The notes beneath the pieces are model-generated. The model worked only from the letters and a program-made list of their open reading frames with translations, did no database searches and was not told the origin of the DNA. Positions 34,165-43,218 of a stretch of 64,000 nucleotides of DNA are shown here, one piece after another. Each line of letters opens with the position of its first letter. Within the stretch, counting starts at the first letter, position 1. The position numbers and the translations under genes are program-made. Origin of the DNA: Myxococcales bacterium (GTDB taxonomy: Bacteria; Myxococcota_A; Polyangia; Polyangiales; Ga0077539); NCBI GenBank assembly GCA_016792845.1, contig JAEUKH010000043.1, positions 25,846-89,845 on the forward strand, read 5' to 3'.

Positions 34165-36522
34165 TCAGCGCGTCGGGTTCGGCCGCGCGGGCCCCTGGGT
34201 CGGCGCCTCGACGGGCACCCTCACGGGGGTGTATCCGCGCCGCCCCTCGGCGCCCCGCACCCGCGCCAACGCGAGCTCGGCGAAGAGCCGCGCGATCGGC
34301 CGCGCGTCCGACACGTCGCGCTGCCCGAGGGGGTCGTCGGCGGGCACGAGGAGCGCCACCCCGCCCCCCGCCGCGGCGGGCCTCGGCAGCGCCAGGAGCT
34401 CGCCGAATCGAAGCCCCGTGTCGCCGCGGGTGTTGAGCGTCACCGGCACCGCCCGATCGTTGAGGGTGAGCGGGCGAAAGAGCGAGCGACCGTCCCAGTC
34501 GGGCACGCGCTCGACCCCGAACACGTCGAGGAGGGTGGCCGCGCCGTCGAGCCCCGTCACCAGGCTCGCCGCGAGGGCCCGCGGGTCGAGCCCAGGCCCC
34601 GACGCGATGAGCACCGTCGAGCCCGAAGCCCGCAGCGTCAACGCGCCGTCTTGGATCACCCGCGCCTCGCCGAGGGCCGTGCCCCGGTCGCCCGACACCA
34701 CGAACAGGGTCTCGTCGAGCATGCGGGCCTCGCGCAGCCGCTCGATCATCGTCGCGAGGGCCCGATCGACCCCCCGCAACGCCGCGTCGTAGAGGAGCCC
34801 GAGGCGCTCCTGGTCGCGGGCGTCGATGCGGACCTCGCCGCGCCGCACTCGGGTGAGCAGCACCGCCGTCTGCCCGGGCGTCATCGTGCCCTCGTAGGGC
34901 GTCGGGTCGAGGGCGTGAATGTCCTCGTTCGCGGGGCTGAGCGGCAGCAAGCCCGACCGCAACACCAGCACCGAGACGTAGCGCCCGCGCGAGGCCAAAA
35001 GCCCCTCGGTGGCGGGCCCGAACAACGCCTCGGGCGTGCAGCTCTCGGCCTCGTCAGGGCACGGGTGAAAGTTCGCCCCGCGCGCCGCCCCAGAGCTCGC
35101 CCACGCCCGATCGTCTGCCCAAGCCTCGACCGGAATGCCCAACTCGACCAGCGAGGCCAGGGCCCGCGGCGCGTCATCGGCGAGCCGCTCGGTCGACTCG
35201 GTCACCCGGTGAAGGTCTGACGCGAGGCCCGTGCTCACGCTCGTCAACGCGGCGAAATTTCGCGACGCCGGCGAGGCCGCTTCGAGCGCGACGCCGCGTT
35301 GTTGCAGCGCAGCAAAGCCGCCCGCGTTGAGGTGCGGCGAGAGCGTCGGCACGAAGCGATCGGCCCGCGCGCCCCGCACGATCACCCACACCACCCGCTT
35401 GATCTGGGTTGGCGCCCCCTCGCCGCGGTGACCCTGGTCGCGGAGCTCGATGCGCGGCGACGACAGCGCGAGACGCACCTCGGAGCGCGGCGCCTCGACG
35501 CCCCCGTCAGGCAGCTCGGCCTGCGCGTCGTCAGGCGACGGCGCCGGGCTGAGCGCGCTCACCGAGAAGCGAGCCGGGCGCCCCGCGAGGGAGCCGAGGT
35601 CGAGCTCGACCCCCACCCAGGGCTGATTGGGCTGCACGACCACGCGACGCTCAAGGCTCGGCACGCCATCGGCTTCGACCCGCACCCGCGCCGTGAGAGG
35701 CCTCGGCGCCCGGGCCGCGCCGCGGGGAGCCTCGGCCGCCAGGCTCGCACGAAACACCGCCCCGCGCGGGATGACCTCGAACGCAGAGAGCGTCGTCGGC
35801 GGATAGAACGTCAGCGCGCGCCGCGGCGTACGCTCGACGGCCACGTCGTTGAGGAGGTCGACCACCCGGGTCACCGGCGTCGCGCCGCGGGTGAGATGCA
35901 CCCAATCGACCTCGGCCGAAGGCGCCGCGCTCGGCCCCGTCTTGGGCGCCCGCGGGAAGCGCAACTCGACGTCGGCCATCGCGCGGGTGAAACGATCGGC
36001 CGGCACCGACGCGCTCACCACCGTGCTCTGGGCGTAGGGCGCGAGCGCCGCCACCCGCACGAGGAGCCCGTCGACCACCACCGCCACCGAGCGCGCCGTC
36101 GCGTGCCGAACCCGCAGCCGCACCGTGTCGGGCGCAGGCAGCGGCTCGCCCGACAGGTCGCTGAGGCTCCGCGATTCGAGGGGCACCCGCAGCCGCACCC
36201 GCCCCGCCACCGAGGCCCACGAGTCGCCGTTCAAGGTCTCGGCCCTGAGCACCGTGCCCGCCGAGAGGTAGGCCGACGCTTGGGGCTCTCCGAGGTCGAC
36301 CACGGGGCCCGCCACGTCGATGCCGCCTTGGCGAAACGCCTCGGTCAGGTCGATCGCGTTCGGCGGCAGCTCCTCGCCCACCGCAGGCGCGGCGCTGTCT
36401 TGTTGCACCGCAGCATCGCCCCGGGGCGCCGCCGCGCGACGCGACCCGCACCCGAGCGAGACGAGACCCACGGCGACCGCGAGGCTGAGCGCCCGCGCGC
36501 CGCGCACCGCCCCGAGCCTCAT
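34165..36522 (-). CDS. Large hypothetical lipoprotein
   Basis: Lipobox LVSLGCGS. 785 aa of mixed composition. No confident domain assignment. Confidence 0.55.
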   Translation of the reverse strand: MRLGAVRGARALSLAVAVGLVSLGCGSRRAAAPRGDAAVQQDSAAPAVGEELPPNAIDLTEAFRQGGIDVAGPVVDLGEPQASAYLSAGTVLRAETLNGDSWASVAGRVRLRVPLESRSLSDLSGEPLPAPDTVRLRVRHATARSVAVVVDGLLVRVAALAPYAQSTVVSASVPADRFTRAMADVELRFPRAPKTGPSAAPSAEVDWVHLTRGATPVTRVVDLLNDVAVERTPRRALTFYPPTTLSAFEVIPRGAVFRASLAAEAPRGAARAPRPLTARVRVEADGVPSLERRVVVQPNQPWVGVELDLGSLAGRPARFSVSALSPAPSPDDAQAELPDGGVEAPRSEVRLALSSPRIELRDQGHRGEGAPTQIKRVVWVIVRGARADRFVPTLSPHLNAGGFAALQQRGVALEAASPASRNFAALTSVSTGLASDLHRVTESTERLADDAPRALASLVELGIPVEAWADDRAWASSGAARGANFHPCPDEAESCTPEALFGPATEGLLASRGRYVSVLVLRSGLLPLSPANEDIHALDPTPYEGTMTPGQTAVLLTRVRRGEVRIDARDQERLGLLYDAALRGVDRALATMIERLREARMLDETLFVVSGDRGTALGEARVIQDGALTLRASGSTVLIASGPGLDPRALAASLVTGLDGAATLLDVFGVERVPDWDGRSLFRPLTLNDRAVPVTLNTRGDTGLRFGELLALPRPAAAGGGVALLVPADDPLGQRDVSDARPIARLFAELALARVRGAEGRRGYTPVRVPVEAPTQGPARPNPTR

Positions 36523-39500
36523 GGCGCGATCGCGAGGTGCACCACCACCGCACGACCCAAGCGCACCGTCGCGAACTCGAAGCCCGTCACCACGCCCGCC
36601 TGGTAGCGCACCGTGTGCAGGCCCTCGCTCAGCCGAAGCACCGCCGGGGCCGCGCCGACAGGGCGATTGTCGACGTCAAGACGGACCCCCGCCGCCCGGG
36701 TCTCAAGCACCAGGAGGCCCTCGTTGGCCCCGAGGCTCCCGCCATCGAGCCAGGGCCCGGGGTCGAGCCCCTCGGCGCCGCCGTCTGAGCCCGCGGGCGT
36801 CGCAGCCGCCGCCGCGGCCTCGTCGTCGGCCTCGGCCCCCGCGTCGAGGCCCGGAGTTTGTTGCACCGCAACAGGGTCTCGCTGCGCCGCAACATCGGCC
36901 GCGGCGTCGGCCTCGACGGCGGCCCGCGGCGCCCGCGACACCCAAGCGTTCACCGCGAAGTAGCTGAGCGCGAAGGCCACCACGACCCCCAGCAAGAGCG
37001 CCACCGAGCGGCCCCACGGCGACGGCGGCGGAGGCGACTGAAACGCGGTCGGGCGCATCGACGCGGGCGCGCGACGCGGGGCCTCGATCGACGACGCGCT
37101 CGGCGACGACGCGGGCTCAGCAGCCGCGGGCGCCGGAGGCTCTGGTGTCGCTGGCGCCTCTGGCTCGGCGCGGGGCGCTGCGAAGAGCGCCGCGGCGAGG
37201 CTCTGCTCGCTCACCTCATCGATGGCCTGCGGGCGTGGCGCCGGCGGCGGCGGCGGACGCGAGGGCGCGGGCGGCGGGTCGGTGTACGAGAGCTCCGAAG
37301 CCCCCGGCACGCCGCGAGGCGCCTCGGGCGCACCCGGCACCACCGCGGCGGCCATTTGTTGCAGCGCAACATCGTCACGCTGCGGCGCAACCTCGTCGGC
37401 CTCGGCCCCGTCGCCGAGGGCCGCCATCACCCAGCGGCCGCCGTCTTCGTCGGCCTCGCGCACCAGAGGCTCTGCCACCGGCGGCATCGACTCGGTGCCC
37501 GCGGGCGCGAGCTCGGGTCGCGAGGCCCGCACGAGCGCCGCCGCGGTCTCGGGCGCGATCTCGACGGTGACCCGCGCGCCCGCATCGGGCTCGGGCGCCT
37601 CGACCTCACGCGCGGGGCTCTCGCTCAGCGGCGCGGGCGCAACTTTGAAGGCCGTGGCCAGCGCCTCGGGAGCCTTCTTCGTGAGCAACGACACCGGCGC
37701 GGGCTCCGAGGGCCGCGTCGCCTCGACGAGGGGCGTGAGCGCGAGCGCCGACACCCGCGCGGTGGCGTCGGCGTCGACCCGCATCCCCGCAGGCACCTTC
37801 GGCGCCGCAGGAATGCTCGTCAACGGGATGTGCGCCCCGCCCGGCGGCGTCACCGAACGGGTCACGAGATCGCCGAGGTCGGGCAGCGGCACGTCGGGCG
37901 TCGCCAAGAGGGCCACCGGAGGCGGCGAGCGCCGCGGGCTCTCGTTGGGCCGCGTCGCCACGAGCCCCGCGTCGAGCACCACCTCTGACCAGCTCTCTTC
38001 GGCGTTCGGGGCCGTCGCCTGCATGCCCCACATCACCACGTCGGCGAGCGAGGCGAGGCTGTCGACGCCGGCCGACGCGGCCGCCTCGTCGACCTTCACC
38101 TCGACCGGGCTCGACACCGGCTCGGGCGCAGGGGCCGCCGGAGCCAGGGTCTCGCGCGACACCGTCGGCGCACGCGGCGGCGGCGGAAGCGCCGGCATCA
38201 CCCCCACCGGCGCCTCGGGCGCGGGCGGCATGCTCGACGGATTGTGCACCGCAGCAAATCGCGTCTCGACCTCGGGCAAGGGCCCGCTCACCGGCGCGAT
38301 GTTGAAATCGAGGGTCTTCCACCCGGCGCGGGGCGGGTCGGGCGCGAGCTCAGGGCCCACCGCGGCCATCGGAGCCGTCTCGACCCGCGCGCCGCTCGGC
38401 CCCACCACCCGGGTGATCGCGCCGCGCCGCGCCAGCTCGACCAACACGGGCTCGATCTCGGCAGGGCTCACGCCGTCGCGCAAGATCATCTCGCGCGGCG
38501 CGTCGCCCGTCGCGACCCGCTCGACCAACCGACGCATCGGCGCCGGGAGCGAGCGCGCATAGGCCAGGGCCGCCTCGGTGTCGAGCTCGACGCGCACCAC
38601 CTCAAGCAAGGCCGCGCCCGAGACCGACGACTCAAGGGTCACCAGCGCGTCGGCGCTGCGCCGCAAGAGGGCCGAGAGGGGCTCCTGAATGGTCGCCCGC
38701 ACCGCGTGACGCGCGCGGCTCACCGTGAAGCGCGCGGCCGAGGCGCCGAGCACCTGCATGAGCGCCGTCGCGCCGCGGGTCAGGTTGCCGTCGGCGCCCG
38801 TACGCACCGCGTTCACCACCGCGCCGCCGCGGAGGTCGAGCTCGGTCACGCTCACCGAGTCAGAGATCGCCACCGTGGCGTCGCCGAGCGAGACCGCGAC
38901 GGTGGTCAGCAAGGCCACCGCGCCGACGTGCTCGACGCGCCCCCGCACCTCGCCCGCGGTGAGGTCGGCCACCCGACGCAAGAGCCGCACGCGGAGCCGC
39001 AGCGTCGCGCGGATCCGCGCGAGGATGGCCTCGCCCGAAGCCTCTTTGCGGAGGTACCCCTGGGCGCTCGCGCCGAGCTCGCGCATGCGCTGAAGGAGGT
39101 CGTCCTTCCATGAAATCAAGATCACCGGCGTGTGGCGAAGCACCACGTCGCGGCGAAAGGCGCGGCAGAGCCCGAAGCCGTCGAGGCCCGGCATCAGAAT
39201 GTCGCTCACCACCACGTCGGGCTGCGTCTCGCGCGCCCGGGCCAGCGCCGACTCGCCGTCGTAGCAGCCCACCACCCGCATCCCCGCGTCGCGCAAGAGC
39301 GACTCAAACTGCGACACCACCGCGCGGTCGTCGTCGACCACCAGCGCGAGCCGCCCGGGCAAGGGGTCATCGCCGCGCTGCGACTCGAACGCGCCAGGGT
39401 CCTCGCTCAGCGAGAACACATCGGTGCCCGGCAAGCCCCGCGGCGCCGCCGGGAGCTGAAACTTCACGGCCCCCTCGCTCGACCGCTCGATCACCTCACG

Positions 39501-40658
39501 AATCCGCGCGATGGCCTCCCAGGTGGCGGCGAGCACTTCGCTCCCGTGGCCGAGCGCGATGCGTGCGGTGCGCGCCCGCGGCGCCGCGGCGCCCACGATG
39601 CCGCGCTTCAGCTCGTCGGTCAGCGCCGTCACGAGCTCGTCGAGGGTGAGGTCGCCGAGGTCAGACTCGGTAGGCGGCGGCACCGACGCGACGCCGCCCT
39701 TCACCGCGCGCACGATGGCCTTGCGAAGCGTCTCGCCGTCGGCCGCGTCGGGCAAGACGTCGAAGGCCTCGGTGAGCCGAAACCGCACGCTCTCGGTGTC
39801 ATCTCCGGCCGAGGCCAGGAGGATCACCGGTAGAAACTCCGTCACCGGGTCGCTCTTGAGCGCGTCGAGGAGCGCCACCCCGTCGGCGGGCGGGTCGAGC
39901 TCGGCCACGATCACGTCGGGCGCCGTCTCCCGGGCCCGCACCACGGCGTCGTCGTAAACCCGGGTGACCTGCACCTCGACGTCGGTGCCGCACGCTTCGA
40001 GGAGCGAGCTCGCCCGCGCCGTCGAGCCGCAGAGCAGCACCTGGAGGGGCCCCGTCGGCGAGGGCGCCGCCACCGCGCCGCGGGCCGCACCGATGGGCGC
40101 GAAGGGCGCGAGGTCGGCGGTGATCGTGCGCGGCGACCCGGGGCCCCTCGGAGCCTCCGCCGCGGGGCTCTCGGGCGTGCTCACGGCGTCGAGCCCGAGC
40201 GGCAAGGTCGCACCGGGCGGAGGCGGCCCGAACTTCTCACCCGTCGGCCCCAACGCCGGCGGAAAGAGCGTCAACGTGTGGTGCGGGATGTCACTCCGCG
40301 TCCCCTGCGGGAGCGACATCGCCGCGGGCTTGGCCGAGTCTCGGGTGTCGAGCTCGGCCCGCGAAGAGAGCGACGCCACCAGCGCGGCGAGGCGATCGAG
40401 CTGCGGGCGCTGAAGCGCAGGCTGCGACCGCGTCGCGTCGACGAGGTCGATGATGGCCTTGAGCCCCTCGCAGAAGCTAGGCAACCCGTACGAGCGCGCG
40501 AGGGCGTGAACCCCCACCGCGCGGCGCTTGAGCTCATCGCGCATGCGCGTCGAGCGCGGGTCGGCGATGAGCGCCCCGAGGGTCGCCTTGATTTCGACGG
40601 TCTTGCGGGGCAGTCCGCGCAGAAACGCCTGGCGTGGATCTTCACTTTCGTCGCGCAC
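36519..40658 (-). CDS. Multidomain response-regulator-like protein: pseudo-receiver plus canonical REC domain, long Pro/Ala-rich region, TM segment, C-terminal PEGA domain
   Basis: REC domain: ALVVDDDRAVVSQFESLLRDAGMRVVGCYDGESALARARETQPDVVVSDILMPGLDGFGLCRAF...PVILISWKDD. An earlier degenerate REC: QVLLCGSTARASS...DVIVAEL...LPVILLAS. The C-terminal GLLVLETRAAGVRLDVDNRPVGAAPAVLRLSEGLHTVRY resembles PEGA. Confidence 0.75.
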   Translation of the reverse strand: MRDESEDPRQAFLRGLPRKTVEIKATLGALIADPRSTRMRDELKRRAVGVHALARSYGLPSFCEGLKAIIDLVDATRSQPALQRPQLDRLAALVASLSSRAELDTRDSAKPAAMSLPQGTRSDIPHHTLTLFPPALGPTGEKFGPPPPGATLPLGLDAVSTPESPAAEAPRGPGSPRTITADLAPFAPIGAARGAVAAPSPTGPLQVLLCGSTARASSLLEACGTDVEVQVTRVYDDAVVRARETAPDVIVAELDPPADGVALLDALKSDPVTEFLPVILLASAGDDTESVRFRLTEAFDVLPDAADGETLRKAIVRAVKGGVASVPPPTESDLGDLTLDELVTALTDELKRGIVGAAAPRARTARIALGHGSEVLAATWEAIARIREVIERSSEGAVKFQLPAAPRGLPGTDVFSLSEDPGAFESQRGDDPLPGRLALVVDDDRAVVSQFESLLRDAGMRVVGCYDGESALARARETQPDVVVSDILMPGLDGFGLCRAFRRDVVLRHTPVILISWKDDLLQRMRELGASAQGYLRKEASGEAILARIRATLRLRVRLLRRVADLTAGEVRGRVEHVGAVALLTTVAVSLGDATVAISDSVSVTELDLRGGAVVNAVRTGADGNLTRGATALMQVLGASAARFTVSRARHAVRATIQEPLSALLRRSADALVTLESSVSGAALLEVVRVELDTEAALAYARSLPAPMRRLVERVATGDAPREMILRDGVSPAEIEPVLVELARRGAITRVVGPSGARVETAPMAAVGPELAPDPPRAGWKTLDFNIAPVSGPLPEVETRFAAVHNPSSMPPAPEAPVGVMPALPPPPRAPTVSRETLAPAAPAPEPVSSPVEVKVDEAAASAGVDSLASLADVVMWGMQATAPNAEESWSEVVLDAGLVATRPNESPRRSPPPVALLATPDVPLPDLGDLVTRSVTPPGGAHIPLTSIPAAPKVPAGMRVDADATARVSALALTPLVEATRPSEPAPVSLLTKKAPEALATAFKVAPAPLSESPAREVEAPEPDAGARVTVEIAPETAAALVRASRPELAPAGTESMPPVAEPLVREADEDGGRWVMAALGDGAEADEVAPQRDDVALQQMAAAVVPGAPEAPRGVPGASELSYTDPPPAPSRPPPPPAPRPQAIDEVSEQSLAAALFAAPRAEPEAPATPEPPAPAAAEPASSPSASSIEAPRRAPASMRPTAFQSPPPPSPWGRSVALLLGVVVAFALSYFAVNAWVSRAPRAAVEADAAADVAAQRDPVAVQQTPGLDAGAEADDEAAAAAATPAGSDGGAEGLDPGPWLDGGSLGANEGLLVLETRAAGVRLDVDNRPVGAAPAVLRLSEGLHTVRYQAGVVTGFEFATVRLGRAVVVHLAIAP

Positions 40659-40754
40659 GGGCTTCGGGGCTCAGCCGCGGTGCTTGGCACGAAGCGAGGG
40701 GTGAACGCCAGAAATGTACACGCCGAGGGGCTTCGTCGGCCCGCGGGGTGTGCT

Positions 40755-41885
40755 ATGGCGCGCGGCGTGAAGTTCATCGACGAAGTCGAAATCCTTGTAA
40801 GCGCGGGCGATGGCGGCGCGGGCGCGGTCTCCTTCCGCCGCGAATCGCACGTCCCCTTTGGCGGCCCCGACGGCGGCGACGGCGGGCGCGGCGGCGACGT
40901 GCTCCTCGTGGCCGACCCGCAGCTCGGCACCCTGCTCGAGTTTCGCTACAAGTCGAAGTGGGCGGCCCCACGCGGCGAGAGCGGCGGCGGCCGAGACTGC
41001 AACGGCAAGGGCGGCGAGCACCTCGAACTGCGCGTCCCCGTGGGCACCGTGGTCTACGACGCCGAGACCGGCGAGCTCATCGCCGACCTCTCGGCTCGCG
41101 ACGCCCGGGTGACCGCCGCCCAGGGCGGCCGCGGCGGCCTCGGCAACATGAATTTCGCCACCCCGTGGGATCAGGCCCCCCGGCACGCCCAGCCCGGCGA
41201 GAAGGGCACCCAGCGCAAGCTCCGGCTTGAGCTGAAGCTCCTCGCCGACGTGGGCATCCTGGGCTTCCCCAATGCGGGCAAGAGCACCTTTATCGCCGCG
41301 GTCTCGCGGGCCCGCCCCAAGATCGCCAACTACCCCTTCACCACCCTGGTCCCCAACCTCGGCGTGGTCAGGGTCGACGAGTTCCGGAGCTTCCTCATGG
41401 CCGACATCCCCGGGCTCATCCCCGGGGCCGCCAAGGGCGCGGGGCTCGGCATCCGCTTCCTCAAGCACGTCGAGCGCACCCGCGTCTTTCTCCACCTGAT
41501 CACCATCGAGGGCGACGAGATCGACCTCGTGGCCCGCTACGACGCCCTCATGGCCGAGGTGCGCGCCTTCGACGCCGAGCTCGCCGAGCGCCCCCAGATC
41601 GTCGCAGTCTCGCAGCTCGACCTGCCCGACGCCCGCGCCGCTTGGGAGCTCGCCCACCCCACCTTCGAGGCCCGCGGCATCAAGTGCTACGGCGTCAGCG
41701 CCGTCTCGGGCGAAGGCGTCCGCGAGATCGTCTTCGCGCTCGAGAAGCTCCTCCAGACCGCCCCCGAGGTCACCCCTCGCCCCCACGCCCTCGACCGCAA
41801 CGTGGGCCGAAAGAAGCGCGCCGAGGCCCCCGAAGCCGACGACGACGCCGACGACGAGGGCGAGCTCGAAATCCTCCGCGGCTGA
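40755..41885 (+). CDS. obg: GTPase Obg/CgtA
   Basis: Obg fold N-terminus (KFIDEVEILVSAGDGGAGAVSFRRE, GGPDGGDGGRGG). G domain GFPNAGKST, DIPGLI. Acidic C-terminal tail. Confidence 0.9.
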   Translation: MARGVKFIDEVEILVSAGDGGAGAVSFRRESHVPFGGPDGGDGGRGGDVLLVADPQLGTLLEFRYKSKWAAPRGESGGGRDCNGKGGEHLELRVPVGTVVYDAETGELIADLSARDARVTAAQGGRGGLGNMNFATPWDQAPRHAQPGEKGTQRKLRLELKLLADVGILGFPNAGKSTFIAAVSRARPKIANYPFTTLVPNLGVVRVDEFRSFLMADIPGLIPGAAKGAGLGIRFLKHVERTRVFLHLITIEGDEIDLVARYDALMAEVRAFDAELAERPQIVAVSQLDLPDARAAWELAHPTFEARGIKCYGVSAVSGEGVREIVFALEKLLQTAPEVTPRPHALDRNVGRKKRAEAPEADDDADDEGELEILRG

Positions 41886-41958
41886 GCCACACGCCTCTCT
41901 TTTCAGACGCCGTGTCGGCGCAAGAATCAAAACAATCTGTGCGCCCCGCGCGCGAAGC

Positions 41959-43050
41959 TCAACCGCCGCGGTACTCGGTCAAGAGCGCCGCGCGGGCGCG
42001 CTGACGCGCGAGCGCCAGGGTGATCAGCCGGTCGACCAGGGCCGAGAAGCTGAGCCCCGAGGCCTCCCAGAGCTTCGGGTACATGCTGATCGAGGTGAAG
42101 CCCGGCAGCGTGTTGACCTCGTTCACAAACACCGCCTCGGTGCCTCGCTCGACGAAGAAATCGACCCGCGCGAGGCCGCTGAGTTCGAGGGCCGCGAAGC
42201 TCTCGACCGCGAGGCGGCGCAGCCGGGCGTGGGTGGCCTCGTCGAGCGCCGCGGGGATGCTCAGCCGCGCGCCGTCGGCGTCGAGGTATTTGGCCTCGTA
42301 CGAGTAGAACTCATGGGTCGGCGCGATCTCACCCGCCACCGAGGCCTCGGGCGCCTCGTTGCCGAGCACCGCGACCTCGACCTCGCGCACCGCGAGCCCC
42401 TTCTCGACCACGACCTTGGTGTCATACCGAAAGGCGTCGGCCAGGGCTTTCACAAATTCCGAGGCGTTTCGAGCCTTTGAGACCCCGACCGAGCTGCCCA
42501 TGTTCGCCGGCTTCACAAACACCGGCCAGCCGAAGGCCGCCTCCGTCGCCCGCGCCTCGGCCTCAAAATCCGTCACCCCGTGCGCGCGACACACCCGCCA
42601 CGGAACCACCGGCAACCCCGCCGCCGCCAAGAGCTTCTTGGCCACGTCCTTGTCCATCCCCGCGCTCGACCCGAGCACACCGCTGCCCACATACGCCGCC
42701 CCGGCCATCTCAAGCAGCCCCTGCAACGTGCCGTCCTCTCCGTAGGTGCCATGCACGATCGGGAAGAACACATCGACCCCCCGCGCCACCCCGCCCCCCG
42801 TCGGCACGAGCCCCGCGTCGCCCACGGTGACCCTCTCCGATGCCTCAAGCCGCAGGGGCGTCCCCGCAGGGTCGAGCAGCGCCCGCGCGGCGTCTTCGAG
42901 ATGCCACACCCCGGCCCGGTCGATGCCCACGAGCACGGGCTCGTACTTCGTGCGATCGAGCGCATCAAAGATGGCCCGCGCCGACCGCAGCGAGACCTCG
43001 TGTTCGCCCGAACGCCCCCCAAACACAATCGCAACGCGCAGCTTCGTCAT
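41959..43050 (-). CDS. ddl: D-alanine--D-alanine ligase
   Basis: MTKLRVAIVFGGRSGEHEVSLRSA N-terminus. ATP-grasp motifs GSSVGVSKA, EVNTLPGFT. 363 aa. Confidence 0.9.
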   Translation of the reverse strand: MTKLRVAIVFGGRSGEHEVSLRSARAIFDALDRTKYEPVLVGIDRAGVWHLEDAARALLDPAGTPLRLEASERVTVGDAGLVPTGGGVARGVDVFFPIVHGTYGEDGTLQGLLEMAGAAYVGSGVLGSSAGMDKDVAKKLLAAAGLPVVPWRVCRAHGVTDFEAEARATEAAFGWPVFVKPANMGSSVGVSKARNASEFVKALADAFRYDTKVVVEKGLAVREVEVAVLGNEAPEASVAGEIAPTHEFYSYEAKYLDADGARLSIPAALDEATHARLRRLAVESFAALELSGLARVDFFVERGTEAVFVNEVNTLPGFTSISMYPKLWEASGLSFSALVDRLITLALARQRARAALLTEYRGG

Positions 43051-43218
43051 GACAGCTCCAGCGCCTTACCCCAAGCCCCCCGCAACGCGCGAACCTTCAG
43101 CCACCCGATTTGATGTCGCAGCGCTTGGTACAGGGTATGCTTTGAGGTCTCTGGCCTTGGCTGCACCCGGTGGGGGTGGCACAGGCTGGCTCACCCTCGC
43201 AAGGCAGCACCCCTGACC

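Noticed and set aside
34165-36522. Sulfatase identity for the large lipoprotein next to the FGE-domain gene (AASPASRNFAALTS)
   Set aside because: The stretch does not fit C/S-x-P-x-R spacing and no other sulfatase N-terminal motifs were seen. Left as a hypothetical lipoprotein.
32656-36606. 854-aa and 435-aa plus-strand ORFs overlapping the FGE gene and opposite the large lipoprotein
   Set aside because: The 854-aa ORF is out of frame with the well-supported FGE gene and is Arg/Pro-rich. The 435-aa ORF is antisense junk.
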